Source: Octopus sinensis
Lineage: Eukaryota
NCBI RefSeq assembly: GCF_006345805.1
Contig: NC_043013.1
Coordinates: 36,332,001 to 36,396,000, forward strand
DNA: 64,000 bases
Direction: 5' to 3'
Within the stretch, counting starts at the first letter, position 1. Each line of letters begins with the position of its first letter. A program made the position numbers and the translations under genes. Of the stretch, positions 49,427 through 63,180 are shown piece by piece. The notes under the pieces were generated by a model, which was not told where the DNA came from, searched no databases, and saw only the letters and a list, made by a program, of their open reading frames with translations.

Positions 49427-49749
49427 TGTCGTCATCATCATTGCCATCATTATAGCCACCATTGTAACCATCATCAATGCCAGCACTGTCGCAATTGTTA
49501 TTGTTGCTATTATCATCGTCATCATCTTCATTTTCATAATCATCATCACTGTCATCACCACCACCACCACCACCACCACCATCAGCATGGTCATCGTCGT
49601 TGTCATCATCCTCATCATTATCATAATCATCATCATCATCATCATCAACATCATCAACATCATCGTCAACATTTTCATAGTCTTCAACACCACCACCACC
49701 ACCACCACCACCATCAGCATGGTCATCATCGTCGTCATGGTCGTCGTCG

Positions 49750-49780
<31 letters not shown>

Positions 49781-49815
49781 TGTCATCGTCGTCGTCACCA
49801 TCACCACCACTGCAG
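49320..49815. repeat. Compound (AAT)/(ATC)/(ACC) microsatellite
   Basis: Direct. Confidence 0.95.
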
Positions 49816-50297
49816 TCAATAAATAAACAGAACAGATTCAGTGTTTATTATTGCAGCTTTGGTGTAACGAAACTGCTCTAGCTAGAAACAATGAAACAGA
49901 AGCTACTGTGGTTGTCTATGAGAACCATATGTGATGAAGGATTAACACAGGGACAGGGGGTAGGTGCAGAAGCATGGATAAAGGAATAGGGAGGAGGCAT
50001 TGGTTGAGGAATGTAATGTGGAAACGTTTTATCAGAAAGCTCTCTTGTGTGATAGTTATAACACAACAACAACCTCTGCTCTCATGAACAACTTGCATTA
50101 CACATTGGTTTGGTTCTAGTCACCTTGAATCACTTAAGATGCTGAAAATCTCATCCCTGAGTAAAAATACCTGTACAAACACGTTAATTACAAATTTAAA
50201 GATATTATCACAAAGTGTAGTAGATGTTTGCCTTGATAGACAAAAGATATGAAATGTTGGAAGTCAAGTTCGATTAAGACTGCGTATAATGAATACC

Positions 50298-50517
50298 CTT
50301 TACTCTTTTACTCTTTTACTTGTTTCAGTCATTTGACTGCGGCCATGCTGGAGCACCGCCTTTAATCAAGCAACTCGACCCTGGGACTTATTCTTTTTGT
50401 AAGCCCAGTACTTATTCTATCGGTCTCTTTTGCCAAACCACTAAGTAACGGGGTCATAAACACACCAGCATCGGTTGTCAAGCAATGCTAGGGAGACAAA
50501 CACAGACACACAAACAA

Positions 50518-50551
<34 letters not shown>

Positions 50552-50721
50552 ATATATACGACAGGCTTCTTTCGGTTTCCGTCTACCAAATCCACTCGCA
50601 AAGCATTGGTCGGCCCGGGGCTATAGCAGAAGACACTTGCCCAAGATGCCACGCAGTGGGACTGAACCCGGAACCATGTGGTTGGTTAGCAAGCTACTTA
50701 CCACACAGCCACTCCTGCGCC
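50298..50721 (-). mobile_element. SINE family A, young full-length copy
   Basis: Complete tail-to-head on the minus strand. Confidence 0.95.
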
Positions 50722-50896
50722 TGTACAACACTTTTGAATAATAACCAGAATTTTACTTTGCCACTCACTATTCATGTGTGGGTCGTTGCCAGTGCCACCT
50801 GACTGGCTCCCTGCGCTGGTGGCATGTAAAAAGCACCATCCATACATGTCTATGCATATGAATGTATGTATATATATGTATATATGTCTGTGTGTA

Positions 50897-52181
50897 TTAG
50901 GTTGTACCGAAAATAATGGCTGATTTCAGAAACTTAATTGTATTCTGGAAAAATTAACAATAGAAATGTTTTGATTAGTCAAAGTATGAGCCGTAAACAT
51001 CTATGCATCTCTGCCATCGATCAACAAGATTATTTATGCCTTGTTGATAAAATCGTATTGGCTTTGATTCTTGGAAATCTTTCAAAGCTGATTCCACCTC
51101 TGGTTTGGACCTGAAAGCTTTATCACTTAAAAACATGTTTAAATACTTTAAAAAATGGTAGTTAGTGGGAGAAACATCAGGAAAATGTGGATGATGTGGT
51201 AAAGTCTCGTATCCAAAGTCTGTGAATTCCTACAGCATCATTCTTGCAACATGTGGCTTTGCATTATCATGGAGCAGAATTGGGCCACGCCGATTCACCA
51301 ATGCAGGTCTCATTTTATGCAAGTGAGCATGCGTTTCAGTGAGTTGATTGCAGTAAACCTCTGCTGTAATGCTCTGATTGGATTCCAGAAAACTGTAATG
51401 GACAACACCAATTGCAGACCACCAGACAGTCACCATAATCTTTTGCTAATGCAACTTTGGCTTTGGGAAATGTCTGGAGGACCCATCAGGATCAAACCAT
51501 TGACCTGATCATTTATGGTTATCATAAAGGATCCACTTTTCGTCACAAGGGATTATTGGGTCAAGAAAAGGGTCATTGGTGTTTCACAGAAAGAGCATTG
51601 AGCACACTTCAAAACACTGAACTTTTTGATTTTCATTGAGCTCATATGGTACCCATTTATCGAGCTTTTTCACCTTACCAATCTTCTGCAGATTACGTGA
51701 GACCGTTGTAATACCGACACCAAGTGCCTGAGACATTTCTCTGACACTTTCACGTAGGTTTTGTTCAACAATTGCTTTCAGTTGTTCATTGTCAAAACTG
51801 CATGACCGTCCTCTACCTTCTTCATCTTCAAGGCTTTCATCACCACTATGAAATTTCGGAAAACACCTTTGTACTGGGCGATCACTTGTGGACCCCTCTC
51901 CCCATGCTCTGTTGATATTGGCAGCAGTTTGGGAAGCATTGTGCCCAAGTTTGAACTCATGCAAGAAAAGTAAGCGAAGGTCCTTTTTTTGTCATGTTCA
52001 TAATTAAGGGGGCCTATGCTTCGAGAATGTTTTCTGTATGAAATAAGTAGAAAATTATTAAAGACCATACATCAATTATTAAGTATGTCGAAATTCACCT
52101 AAAATATAATTAAAATACTATGATAAAATTGTGTTTCAAAGCACAACACTTAGAGCAGCCATTATTTTCAGAACAATCTAA
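50897..52181 (-). mobile_element. Full-length mariner transposon (Hsmar1/cecropia-like), inactive
   Basis: TIR tattaggttgtaccgaaaataatggctg (50895-50922) versus cagccattattttcagaacaatctaata (52156-52183), 25/28 including TA TSD; about 1.29 kb. Confidence 0.92.
50975..52001 (-). pseudogene. Mariner transposase pseudogene
   Basis: HEFKLGHNA, EDEEGRGR, KWVPYEL, CDEKWILYDN, LLHDNAKPH, RWQRCIDVYGSYFD*; early frameshift and in-frame stops (NHK*SG, LH*QK). Confidence 0.9.
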
Positions 52182-52961
52182 TATGTATGTATGTCTTTAT
52201 GTATGTATGTCTTTATGTATGTATGTATGTATGCATCGATACATGTATGTATGTATGCATGCATGTATGTATGTATGCATGTATTGATGCATGTATGTAT
52301 GCATGCATGAATGTACATACGCATGTATGTATGTATGTATGCATGCATGTATGTATGTATGTATGCATGTATTGATGCATGTATGTATGCATGCATGAAT
52401 GTACGTACGCATGTATGTATGTATGTATGTATGTATGTATGTATGTATGTATGTACGTATGTATGTATGTGTGTATGCATATGTTCAGAGATGTATACAC
52501 GCACAGTGAACTTCTGGTTTTCCTACTCTTTTCTGTTTAGTTCTTGTTGATATTGTGACATTTATATACCTCGGCTAGCCTCAAGTGTATGATTTATACC
52601 TTGTTAGTAAACTATTTGACACAACACAGCCATATTCCACCATCAACACCACCATCTCTTCACCAATACTCACCTTCTTTATCCACTAACATTACAATTT
52701 TCTTTAGACTTTTTTTTTTATTTCTGGTGTTCTTGCTTTTTTTTTTTTTGCTCCAGATGAAAAGAATAGAAACGAAGGTAGTTTGCACTAAAACTTTGTT
52801 AAATATCTTGGGTGCAGAGTGAAGGTACATACACACACATACATACATGCCTACGTATGTACAAGTGTGTGTGAGTGTATGTATGTATATTTAGCTAAAC
52901 TGGCAACATGACCATCCCCAAATGCAACAATATATACACACACACATACACACACACACAT

Positions 52962-53034
<73 letters not shown>

Positions 53035-53109
53035 GTATGAATATGTGCATACATATATATGTAACCATACTGTATATATCTACATACAGGTAATTATGTA
53101 TGTAGCACA

Positions 53110-53159
<50 letters not shown>

Positions 53160-53205
53160 TACATTTATATATATATATATATATGCATGTTTATATACCT
53201 GTATA

Positions 53206-53580
53206 TGCAGGAGTGGCTGAGTGGTAAGTAGCTATCTTACCAACCACATGGTTCTGGGTTCTGTCCCACTGCATGGCACTTTGAGTAAGTGTCTTCTACT
53301 ATAGCCTCAGGCTGACCAAAGCCTTGTAAGTGGATTCAGTAGATGGAAACTAAAAGAAGCCTGTCGTATATATATACGTGTGTGTGTCTGTATACGTCCC
53401 TCCAATATCGCTTGACAACCGATGCTGGTGCATTTACACCCCCATAACTTAGCAGTTTGGCAAAAGAGACTGATAGAATAAGTACTAGGCTTACAAAGAA
53501 AAAGTCCTGGGGTTGATTTGCTCAACTAAAGGCGGTACTCCAGTATAGTCGCCATCAAATGACTGAAACAAATAAAAGAA
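53206..53580 (+). mobile_element. SINE family A
   Basis: Head, short microsatellite and tail. Confidence 0.9.
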
Positions 53581-53675
53581 TATATATATATATATATAAT
53601 CCCTACATAAAATATGAAAGGAACGAGAGTCAGAGAGACAGCAAAGTAAGGGAAGAGGTAAATGGGATTAAACTA

Positions 53676-54078
53676 TTCTTTTACTCGTTTCAGTTATTTG
53701 ACTGTGGCCATGCTGGAGCATCACCTATACTCGAGCAAATCAACCCCAGGACTTATTCTTTATAAGCCTAGTACTTATTCTATCGGTCTCTTTTGCCAAA
53801 CTGCTAAGATACAGAGACGTAAACACATCAACATCAGTTGTCAAGTGATGTAGGGAGACTGACACAGACACACATAAACGCACACATACACACACCAATA
53901 TATACATATATATGCGACAAGTGTCCTTTAGTTTTCATCTACCAAATCCACTCACAAGGCTTTGGTTGGCCTGAAGCTATAGTAGAAGACACTTACTCAA
54001 GTTGCCATGCAATGGGACTGAACCCAGAACCATGTGGTTGGGAAGCAAGCTACTTACTATACAGTCATGCCTGTACCT
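53676..54078 (-). mobile_element. SINE family A
   Basis: Tail-to-head on the minus strand. Confidence 0.9.
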
Positions 54079-55253
54079 ATTGGTACTTTTATATTTTTTC
54101 TAACTGTAGGTACATGAATGCATATATATATATATGCATTTGTATGAATGTGAGATTACTCTATATATGTTAGTAACCTAAGTTTTATAAATACACTGAC
54201 AAGGAAGATAATTTAATGTACTTTAAATATTGTAAAAAGAGGGTATGAAATATATTATCAGAAATATTGATAATTAAATCAAAAATGTCATATAATTAAT
54301 TATCAATAAAAATACTTTGTTAATTCTTTGTTATTCTGATTTATTTTCTACACGTGAGTATATTGAGAATAGTTTAAAAGTCAGCTACTGATCTTTCATA
54401 AAATCAGCCTGAACGTTGGCTGATATCTTCCTACTTGTGTGAGCCGCGTATTTGTTGTTAGTAAATAGTCATCCATTTTCTAAGTGTTATACCTACTTTG
54501 GCTAATGTAATTCATGCCAGATCCATAGCATATCATGATTCAAATTAAGCTTTTAAGTTCTTAGATAAGCTTGAAAAATTTTATTTTATCTAAAAATTTT
54601 GTCTTTGAAACGTAGCTCTGAAACTTTAAATATATGAATATGAATTTCACAATTTCATCTTCCGTATATTTTGACTATCGTGATTGATCTTTTGGTAAGT
54701 ATTTGAATATTTGTTAATAGCTCCATTCATGATTTTAGATTTGTTTCTATTTTTTTTTTGCTTTTAATTATAGATGTATTTTCTAAAATTCTTCTTTTTT
54801 TGGATCACATTTTAATAATGGTAGAATTTAATGAAATACAATCAGGTTTTTCATGTGAACTGAAATTTAAGGTAGAATACTTGTTTTTAGTTTGCTCTTT
54901 TAGTGTTATAAATCACTAACATCAATTGTCTTTGTTCTCTTTATTCTATCATTAATTTGCGATTGTAGATAACGTTTTTCAGTCAAAATATATCTTAGTT
55001 CTTTTCAGGTGTTCAGGTTTGATGTAATGGTATACATTCTTTTGCCTAAATTGAATGAAATACCGATTCTCACATGTTTTAGATGGCATTAAGTAAAAAG
55101 TAAATATTGCCACGAGTCTATTAGTCTTTAATATCCATCTACATCGATGCTATTTAGTTTATAACTAATTAATCTAAAAAGAGCAATTTACCTTTACTGT
55201 ACCTCTTTGTAATTTTGATGATATTGTTAATGAGTATCATAAACTTAGTATGT

Positions 55254-55545
55254 CTCGGTTGGGATGTGTTACCCCATCCTCCATATTCACCAGATATTGC
55301 TCCTTCAGATTTTCATGTATTCAGGTCTCTGCAGAATAGTCTTAATGGTAAAAATTTCAATTCCTTGGATGACGTAAAAAGATACCTTGATGAATTCTTT
55401 GCCATGAAACCACCTCGATTCTGGGAAGAGGGTATTTTCAAGTTAAAGGAAAGATGGAGACACATTGATTAAAAATGTAACGGCAAGTATTTATTGACCT
55501 TTTTCTTTCCCTTAAAATTCAGCACGAACTTTCTGGACAATCCAA
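55254..55545 (+). mobile_element. Mariner 3' fragment
   Basis: LGWDVLPHPPYSPDIAPSDFHVFRSLQNSL...ERW and terminal cacgaactttctggacaatccaa-ta TIR. Confidence 0.9.
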
Positions 55546-56389
55546 TATATGGAGCTGACCACAATAAGCACAACAAAACCAGCAGATTTAGAAAAAAGCA
55601 AATATCCATCTACATTCAGCATTTACATTACAAATAAAGAAGAGAGACTAGCAGTACATGTTACAAAAGTACAGACATGGTGGCACACATAAACACACAC
55701 ACACACACGCATGCACATGCACACACACATGCACACACATATGTGTGTATAAATAATCAGGCAAAGGGGAACTCAACACTCACCACACGCACACACACAC
55801 ACACAACACACACACACACACACACACACACATTCACTCACACACACACAAACATACAAACACACCATTCATACATTTACTTTTTTGCACTTTATATATA
55901 TATATATAGCTGCATAGAGAGAAGCTCTCTCTCTCTCTCTCTAATACACACACACACACACACACACATACACTCACACTTATACAACACACACACACAC
56001 AAAAAAACAAAAATATACACAAATTTACAAAAACATACCAAAAAAAAATGGCTTATTAAGCAAAAGTTTCCAAGGAAGAGAAACAGTAATATATATTAAA
56101 AGTGAAAAAAAAAAAAAAAAATAAATAAATAAATAGATAAAAAGAGGACATAGATAACAAAAAAAAAAAGAAAAAACAAAAAGACAAAAACAAAATGCTT
56201 CTGGAACATTCAGCTTCCTTGAATTGCTTGCTTCTTACCGATTTTTAGCATAAAAGCCAATTTTCTTGAAAGATCTTAACTACAGCCAAAGAAACAACAA
56301 ACCCATGATAAAAGCTTTTAATTCTTAACTTAGGTGTTTCTGCATTCACAGATGATGATTAGTGAGAAGTAATTTCTGGTGATGGCGGG

Positions 56390-56419
56390 GGGGGGGGACG
56401 ATGACGATGACGACGATGA

Positions 56420-56453
<34 letters not shown>

Positions 56454-57451
56454 GATGATGACGATGGTGACTTGACGATGGTGACGATGACGATGGTGAT
56501 GATGGTGATGATGATGACGATGGTGATGATGGCGATGGTGATGATAGTAGCGATAATGATGATGACGATGGTGATGATGGTGATGATGATGACGATGGTG
56601 ATGATGGTGATGGTGATGATAGTAGCGATGATGATGATGACGATGGTGATGATGATGATGGTGATGACGATGTTGATGATGGTGGTGGTGATGGTGATGA
56701 TGATGATGATGTTGACGAGGACAGTGGTGATGATGGCGATGGTGATGACAATGGCAATGTTGGTGATGATGATGATGATGAAGATGATGATGATGATATT
56801 AAGGCGGCGAGCTGGCAGAATCGTTAGCACGCCGGGCGAAATGCGTAGCCGTATTTCATCTGCCGTTACGTTCTGAGTTCAAATTCCGCCAAGGTCGACT
56901 TTGCCTTTCATCCTTTCGGGTTCGATTAAATAAGTACCAGTTGTATGCTGGGTCGATATAATCAACTTAATCCGTTTGTCTGTCCTTGTTTGTCTCCTCT
57001 GTGTTTAGCCCCTTGTGGGTAGTAAAGAAATAGATATTGATGGCAGTGGTGGTGATGATGATGATGATGATGATGATAATGATAAGGAAGTAGATAATAA
57101 CACTGCTGACACTGCTGAACATAATGGTGATGATAGTGGTGATGACCCCAACGATGATGATGATGATGCTAATGATAATGATGATAACTTTGATGACAAT
57201 AATGACAGCTTTAATGAAAACGACAATGATGATGATGTTGATGATGATGATGATGATGATGATGATGAGAATGATGTTGATGATGATGATGATGATGATG
57301 ATGATGACAATGATGATGGTGGTGGTGATGATGATGATCATGTTGATGATGATGACGATAATGATGGTAGTGGTGGTGGTAGTGGTGGTGGTAATGGCGA
57401 TGATGATGATCAGGATGATGATGATGGTAGTGGTGGTGGTGGTGGTGGTGG

Positions 57452-57485
<34 letters not shown>

Positions 57486-57650
57486 GATAATGATGATGGT
57501 GGTGGTGGTGGTGGTAGTGATGATGATGGTGGTGGTAGTGGTGGGGGGTGATGGTGATGGCAATGATGATGATGATTATGATAATGTTGATGGTGATGAT
57601 GTTGATGATGATGAGGATGATGGTGGTGATGATGATGATGGTGACTAACC
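56390..57650. repeat. (GAT)n/(GGT)n compound microsatellite interrupted by a SINE
   Basis: Direct. Confidence 0.95.
56802..57035 (+). mobile_element. Young SINE family D head/core with a distinct tail
   Basis: aggcggcgagctggcagaatcgttagc...gagttcaaattccgccaaggtcgactttgcctttcatcctttcggg; tail ccgtttgtctgtcc...gtagtaaagaaatag. Confidence 0.85.
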
Positions 57651-57947
57651 AATAAGCGATAGAAACTCCCAACCTTGACTCTACTGATGTAGCTGATACA
57701 GAAGACCTTTCTGGAAGGGAAAGAAGGAAATAAAAATACTCAATGAAGCACCAGTTGCTATGATCGACTGACCGGGCAACCTATAATGGACCTGCTACAT
57801 GGCCACACAACCTGCTAAAACCAACAGCCAAAATTCTCTGAAATCACACCTTACTGGCTTGAATATAAAAACATTTGAAAATGATGTTCTCAGTTCCTTG
57901 TTCACAGGCAGAAATCTGTTTTGTCATGGCTGGAAAGCCTTTTATCA

Positions 57948-58943
57948 TATGCGGTTGGGCTAAAAAGTTCATTGTCTGACTATGAAGGAGTGGTGCTAGA
58001 GATGTGAATACCTGCATTTTTTCCAGGTAAAATTAAAAGAAGGCTTTGAAAGTAACTTGTAGTAATCTTTCTTGAAAATGGACAAAATTTGGTATTGTCA
58101 TGTTGTCAAGTAACTGCAGAAAAAGGGTTTAGCCCTTAAAGATATTCATGCTGACATGACTATTACATTAGGGTATGACACTCAAGCTTTATCAACAGTG
58201 CAAAAGTGGGCAGCTGAAATTAGAAGGGAGAGTTTTGAAGGGGACCCAAAGCATGGATGTCCTGCAACTGCCACTATCAAGGAAAACATTGATGACAGGT
58301 GATTGACTAAAAATTAAATAGCCAATGCTGTTAGCATATCCTGTCAGAAAGCCAAGAATATTCTGCAATGATGAACTTGGCATGACAAAGGTTTCTGCCT
58401 GGTGTGTGCCATGCCTTCTGACACCTGATCAAAAGCACACCAGGCTCATCACATCACAGGAAAATTTGACATTGTTTGCAGTAGATCCAGCAGGTTTCCT
58501 TGGACACTTCATAACCCAGGACAAGTGCTGGGGTTTGTCACTTTGAGCCAAAGACAAAGAGACAATCCATGCAGTGGAAACACCCCTCCTTGTCTGTTTC
58601 AAAGAAAGCCAAGTTTGTTTCATCTGCAGGGATGGTGATAACTCAGGTTTTTGGGATGCAAAATGCATCCCTATTCTCTGACAAACTTTTGTTCACCAAC
58701 ATGAAAAAAAACCCCACTTGACTGGGAACCAGCATTGCTGAGATTGTAATGTCGTAATTACTGTGGACGACTATTTTGACCAACAGGATGAAGGCTTCGT
58801 CACTAATGGGATCCAAACACTACAACACCAATTAAAGAAGTGTGTGGACTACAAGAGAGACTATGCTGAAAGATAAATCTCATTTAGTCACATTCCATGA
58901 GAGCATCTTGGTCAGATTATGAACTTGACAACCGACATGCGTA
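57948..58943 (+). mobile_element. Decayed, internally deleted mariner (irritans/Himar-like)
   Basis: MDKIWY (58078), ELGMTKVSAWCVPCLLTPDQK, FITQDKCW, HFEPKTKRQSMQWKH, FWDAK, KKCVDYKRDY; degenerate TIRs sharing aagttcat..tctgac. Confidence 0.85.
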
Positions 58944-59159
58944 GGTATGCTCAACGAAGATTGAACAGGGATTGAGCAATGACAACAACAAAAGTAAAAC
59001 ACTAATTAATAGAACAACCAGATGACTAAACCTAGACTTACTATTTTGGTCTGGTAACATATGATTGAATTTACATATTGATAATAATTTAATCAAGCGT
59101 GTACGCACATATGTATTATATGCGTGTGTGTGTTTGTGTGTGTGTGTGTGTGTATAATG

Positions 59160-59318
59160 GTCTTTTTTCAGTCTCCATCTACCAAATCCATGCACAAAGG
59201 CTTCGGTCAGCGTGAGGCTATAGCAGAAGATACTTGTGCAAGGGACTACACAGTGGAACTAGACCTGGAACCAAGTGGTTGGGATATAAGCTTCTTACCA
59301 CACAGCCACACTTGCACC
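59160..59318 (-). mobile_element. SINE family A 5' half
   Basis: tttcagtctccatctaccaaatcc...cttcttaccacacagccacac. Confidence 0.8.
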
Positions 59319-59329
59319 TTAAATACATG

Positions 59330-59375
<46 letters not shown>

Positions 59376-59381
59376 CATACA

Positions 59382-59413
<32 letters not shown>

Positions 59414-59576
59414 CATACATACATACATAGGTAGGTATAGATAGATATACTGGTATCCAGATATCTAAATGTAGAGATATATACATTTCAGCACAGACAT
59501 CCATGAATAGGGATGTGTTCAGCAAAATATAAATGAATGCATATATGTCTCTCTCTCTCTCTCTCTCTTCTATATA

Positions 59577-59629
<53 letters not shown>

Positions 59630-59905
59630 ATATATATGTATATATGAATCTGTGGTTGTGTTGTACATTCCTTGGGTGAATTAATATTGATATATAAGCT
59701 ATTTGCATAAACAAAAATGAAATTATTCATAATACATGAAATTCTTCATAGAATATGTATAATATATATATATATATATATGCACAAGTACATAAATATG
59801 AATTTTTACATTTACACAACAATCACTGACACTTACTCACATGCTGAGATATACACTCGCATATATACATATATACATATATATATAGACATATATATGC
59901 ACACA

Positions 59906-59952
<47 letters not shown>

Positions 59953-60074
59953 TGTGTATATACACATACATACCCCCCCCACACACACACATATATATAT
60001 AACATAAATGTAAATATATATATATATACATATATATATATTATATATATATATATGTATATGTGTGTATATAC

Positions 60075-60122
<48 letters not shown>

Positions 60123-60453
60123 ATGTTTATGTATGTAATGCACATATAATTAATAATGCATGCTGCACTATAAAACTCACAAATGTGCATGTCGTGAAGA
60201 GAAGATAGGGTGAAGGTTAGGGGTGGAAGTATAGATGGATGATTTTTTTTTTATTTGGGTTGGTTATTCTCATGGCTGCTGCTGCTACTGCTGCTGCTGG
60301 TGATGATAGTGATGTCAATGATGTTGACTGTGGCGGGGATATTTTTTATGCAAATTCACATTTTGACTTTATATACATATACATATAATAAATATGTATA
60401 TATATATATATACATGCATGCACATATATATATATATATATACATACATACAA

Positions 60454-60490
<37 letters not shown>

Positions 60491-60526
60491 CATACATATA
60501 TATATATGTATATATATATATGTATG

Positions 60527-60567
<41 letters not shown>

Positions 60568-60939
60568 GTATATTATTTACTTATATGGCATTACCTCAGA
60601 ACAATTTATCACCAAATCATTAATAAACAGGGAATATTCTCTGAATGAGCAAATAATGACTAAACGTTTAGCTAGAGATGATGTTGTTGTATAAGGGCTA
60701 GTGTAGAGAGATGTGGTGGTGGTGGTGGTGGTGGTGGTGTGGTTTGGTGTGGTGTAATACGTTGCCACACCACCGTGTGCAATGCCTGAGAGTGTCTTCT
60801 CTGTGTATGTGTGAGGTTGGGCAGGGTGGGGTGGGGTGGGAGTAGAGTGTGTGGGGAAGTGGGGGGGGGGTTGTATGTTAATGGTGGATGATCATTTTGT
60901 TTGCGTTTCAGCTTTATTTATTTACTTTTTTTTTTGGTT

Positions 60940-61402
60940 AATGATATCATCATCATCATCACCATCATCATCATCAACATCATCATCATTAGCAGCAGCA
61001 GCATCTGCACTATCGTCATCCTCACTATCATCCTCACCATCACCATCACCATTATCATTCTCATCATCGTCATCATCATTATTGTCGTTATAATCGCCAT
61101 CGACTCTGTTGTTGATACACAATAGTTATTATCGACATCATCATTATCATCATCATCATCATCATAATCATTCTCAAAATCGCCATTGTCATCATCATCA
61201 TCATCACCATTATCATCATCATAATCATTCTCCAAATCACCATCATCATCACTGTCATCATCATCATCATCATCATCATCATCACCATAACGTCTCTCAT
61301 TATTGTGAATTTGTTGTTGTTGATGCTGTTATTGTGGGTTCTGTGTTTGTTTTGTTGTTGTTGTTATTAAAACAAATCACCATCATGATCATAATCATCA
61401 TG

Positions 61403-61433
<31 letters not shown>

Positions 61434-61665
61434 CCATTATCATTATTTTGTTATTATCATTATTATTTTCACTTTTGACATATTTATTATTATTTTTATA
61501 TACTATATTTTTTTCTTCCTATGGTTATCATTATGATGATTATCATATCGTCGTCATCGTCATCACTACCCTCATCACCATAGTCATTATCACCATGGTC
61601 ATCATCATCAACAACAACAACATTATTATTAATATCATCATCATCATTATTATCATTATTATTGC

Positions 61666-61731
<66 letters not shown>

Positions 61732-62075
61732 TATTATTAATAGTTGTCTTAATGCATTTTAGTTTATTTATCCATACTGATGTTGTAGTTGTTGTTGTTT
61801 CTGAAGTTGCCATTGTCCTTGTTGTTGCTGCTGGTGTTGGTGGTAAATGTGATGGTGGTGGTAGTGGTGGTGGTGGTGGGGATATTGTTCTTGTCAAGAT
61901 AATCAAAAACTCTACAAAAGATATTTTGGAAATGACTGGACCAAGATAGAAAGAGTGGAATGGCAAAGCACAAATATGAAATAATAATGATGATGAAGTT
62001 GATATGATGATGATTATGATGATGGTGATGATAATAATAACTATGATAATAATAACAATAATAATAATAATAATA

Positions 62076-62128
<53 letters not shown>

Positions 62129-62200
62129 AATAACAATAATGAGAAGAAGAAGAAGAAGAAGAAGAAGAAGAAGAAGAAGAAGAAGAAGAAGAAGAAGAAG
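60940..62200. repeat. Long compound (ATC)/(ATT)/(GAT)/(GAA) microsatellite field
   Basis: Direct. Confidence 0.95.
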
Positions 62201-62932
62201 AAGGCAGAAAAATAACAAATGAAATAATTAACACACAAACAAATATATCTATAAATCTGAGTAAATGTATGTATACAATCACACAAGAATATGCATAGAT
62301 ATATACACATACACATACACAAAAAACTGATGTATATTTATATATGCTTGCACACATACACGCACACACACACATATTCATATTTGAATGTATTTGTATA
62401 TATACCTATGTATAAAAAATATATATATATATGTGCATGTGTGTGTGTAGGTAGGTATGTATATTTGTATGTATGTATATACACAACACTTTCATATATG
62501 CACAAATACAAAAACATGTGCATGTATGTATGTGTGTATGAATGCACAAGAAAAAATTTCTCAATAAAAACTTACATGGAAACAAAAATATATATATACA
62601 CACACACAGACATATATATATATATATATATATACAAATAATTATATAAAAACAATACTTAAGAAAAATTTATTTGAAAAATATAATTCCTAAAAAATAT
62701 GAAACTTAAGCCTTTTGCGGTTCTGTGTATGTCTATGTGTGTGGTTATATGTATATATATATATATGCATATTTATTTTGGTTTGTGTATCAGTGTGTAG
62801 ATATTTTTAATGTTATTCAAATATTTCTTTGCAAATAAGCATAGGTGTGAGTGTGTGTATGCATTTGGTGTCTGCATGTGTGCATTAGACATTTACCAGT
62901 ACATGTATATGCAACTATATATGTATATATAT

Positions 62933-62963
<31 letters not shown>

Positions 62964-63058
62964 ATGTGTGCGTGTGTGTGTGTGTGTGTGTATACACACA
63001 CACACATACATGTATATGTAGACCGATATATAGATGGATAGATAGATATATGACTACA

Positions 63059-63091
<33 letters not shown>

Positions 63092-63124
63092 CATACAAAC
63101 ACATATACATGCATATATATATGC

Positions 63125-63180
<56 letters not shown>

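Noticed and set aside
57015-57551. Asp/Gly-rich 178-aa ORF resembling acidic shell proteins (also 21654-22127)
   Set aside because: Pure (GAT)/(GGT) repeat, no signal peptide, starts inside a SINE tail.
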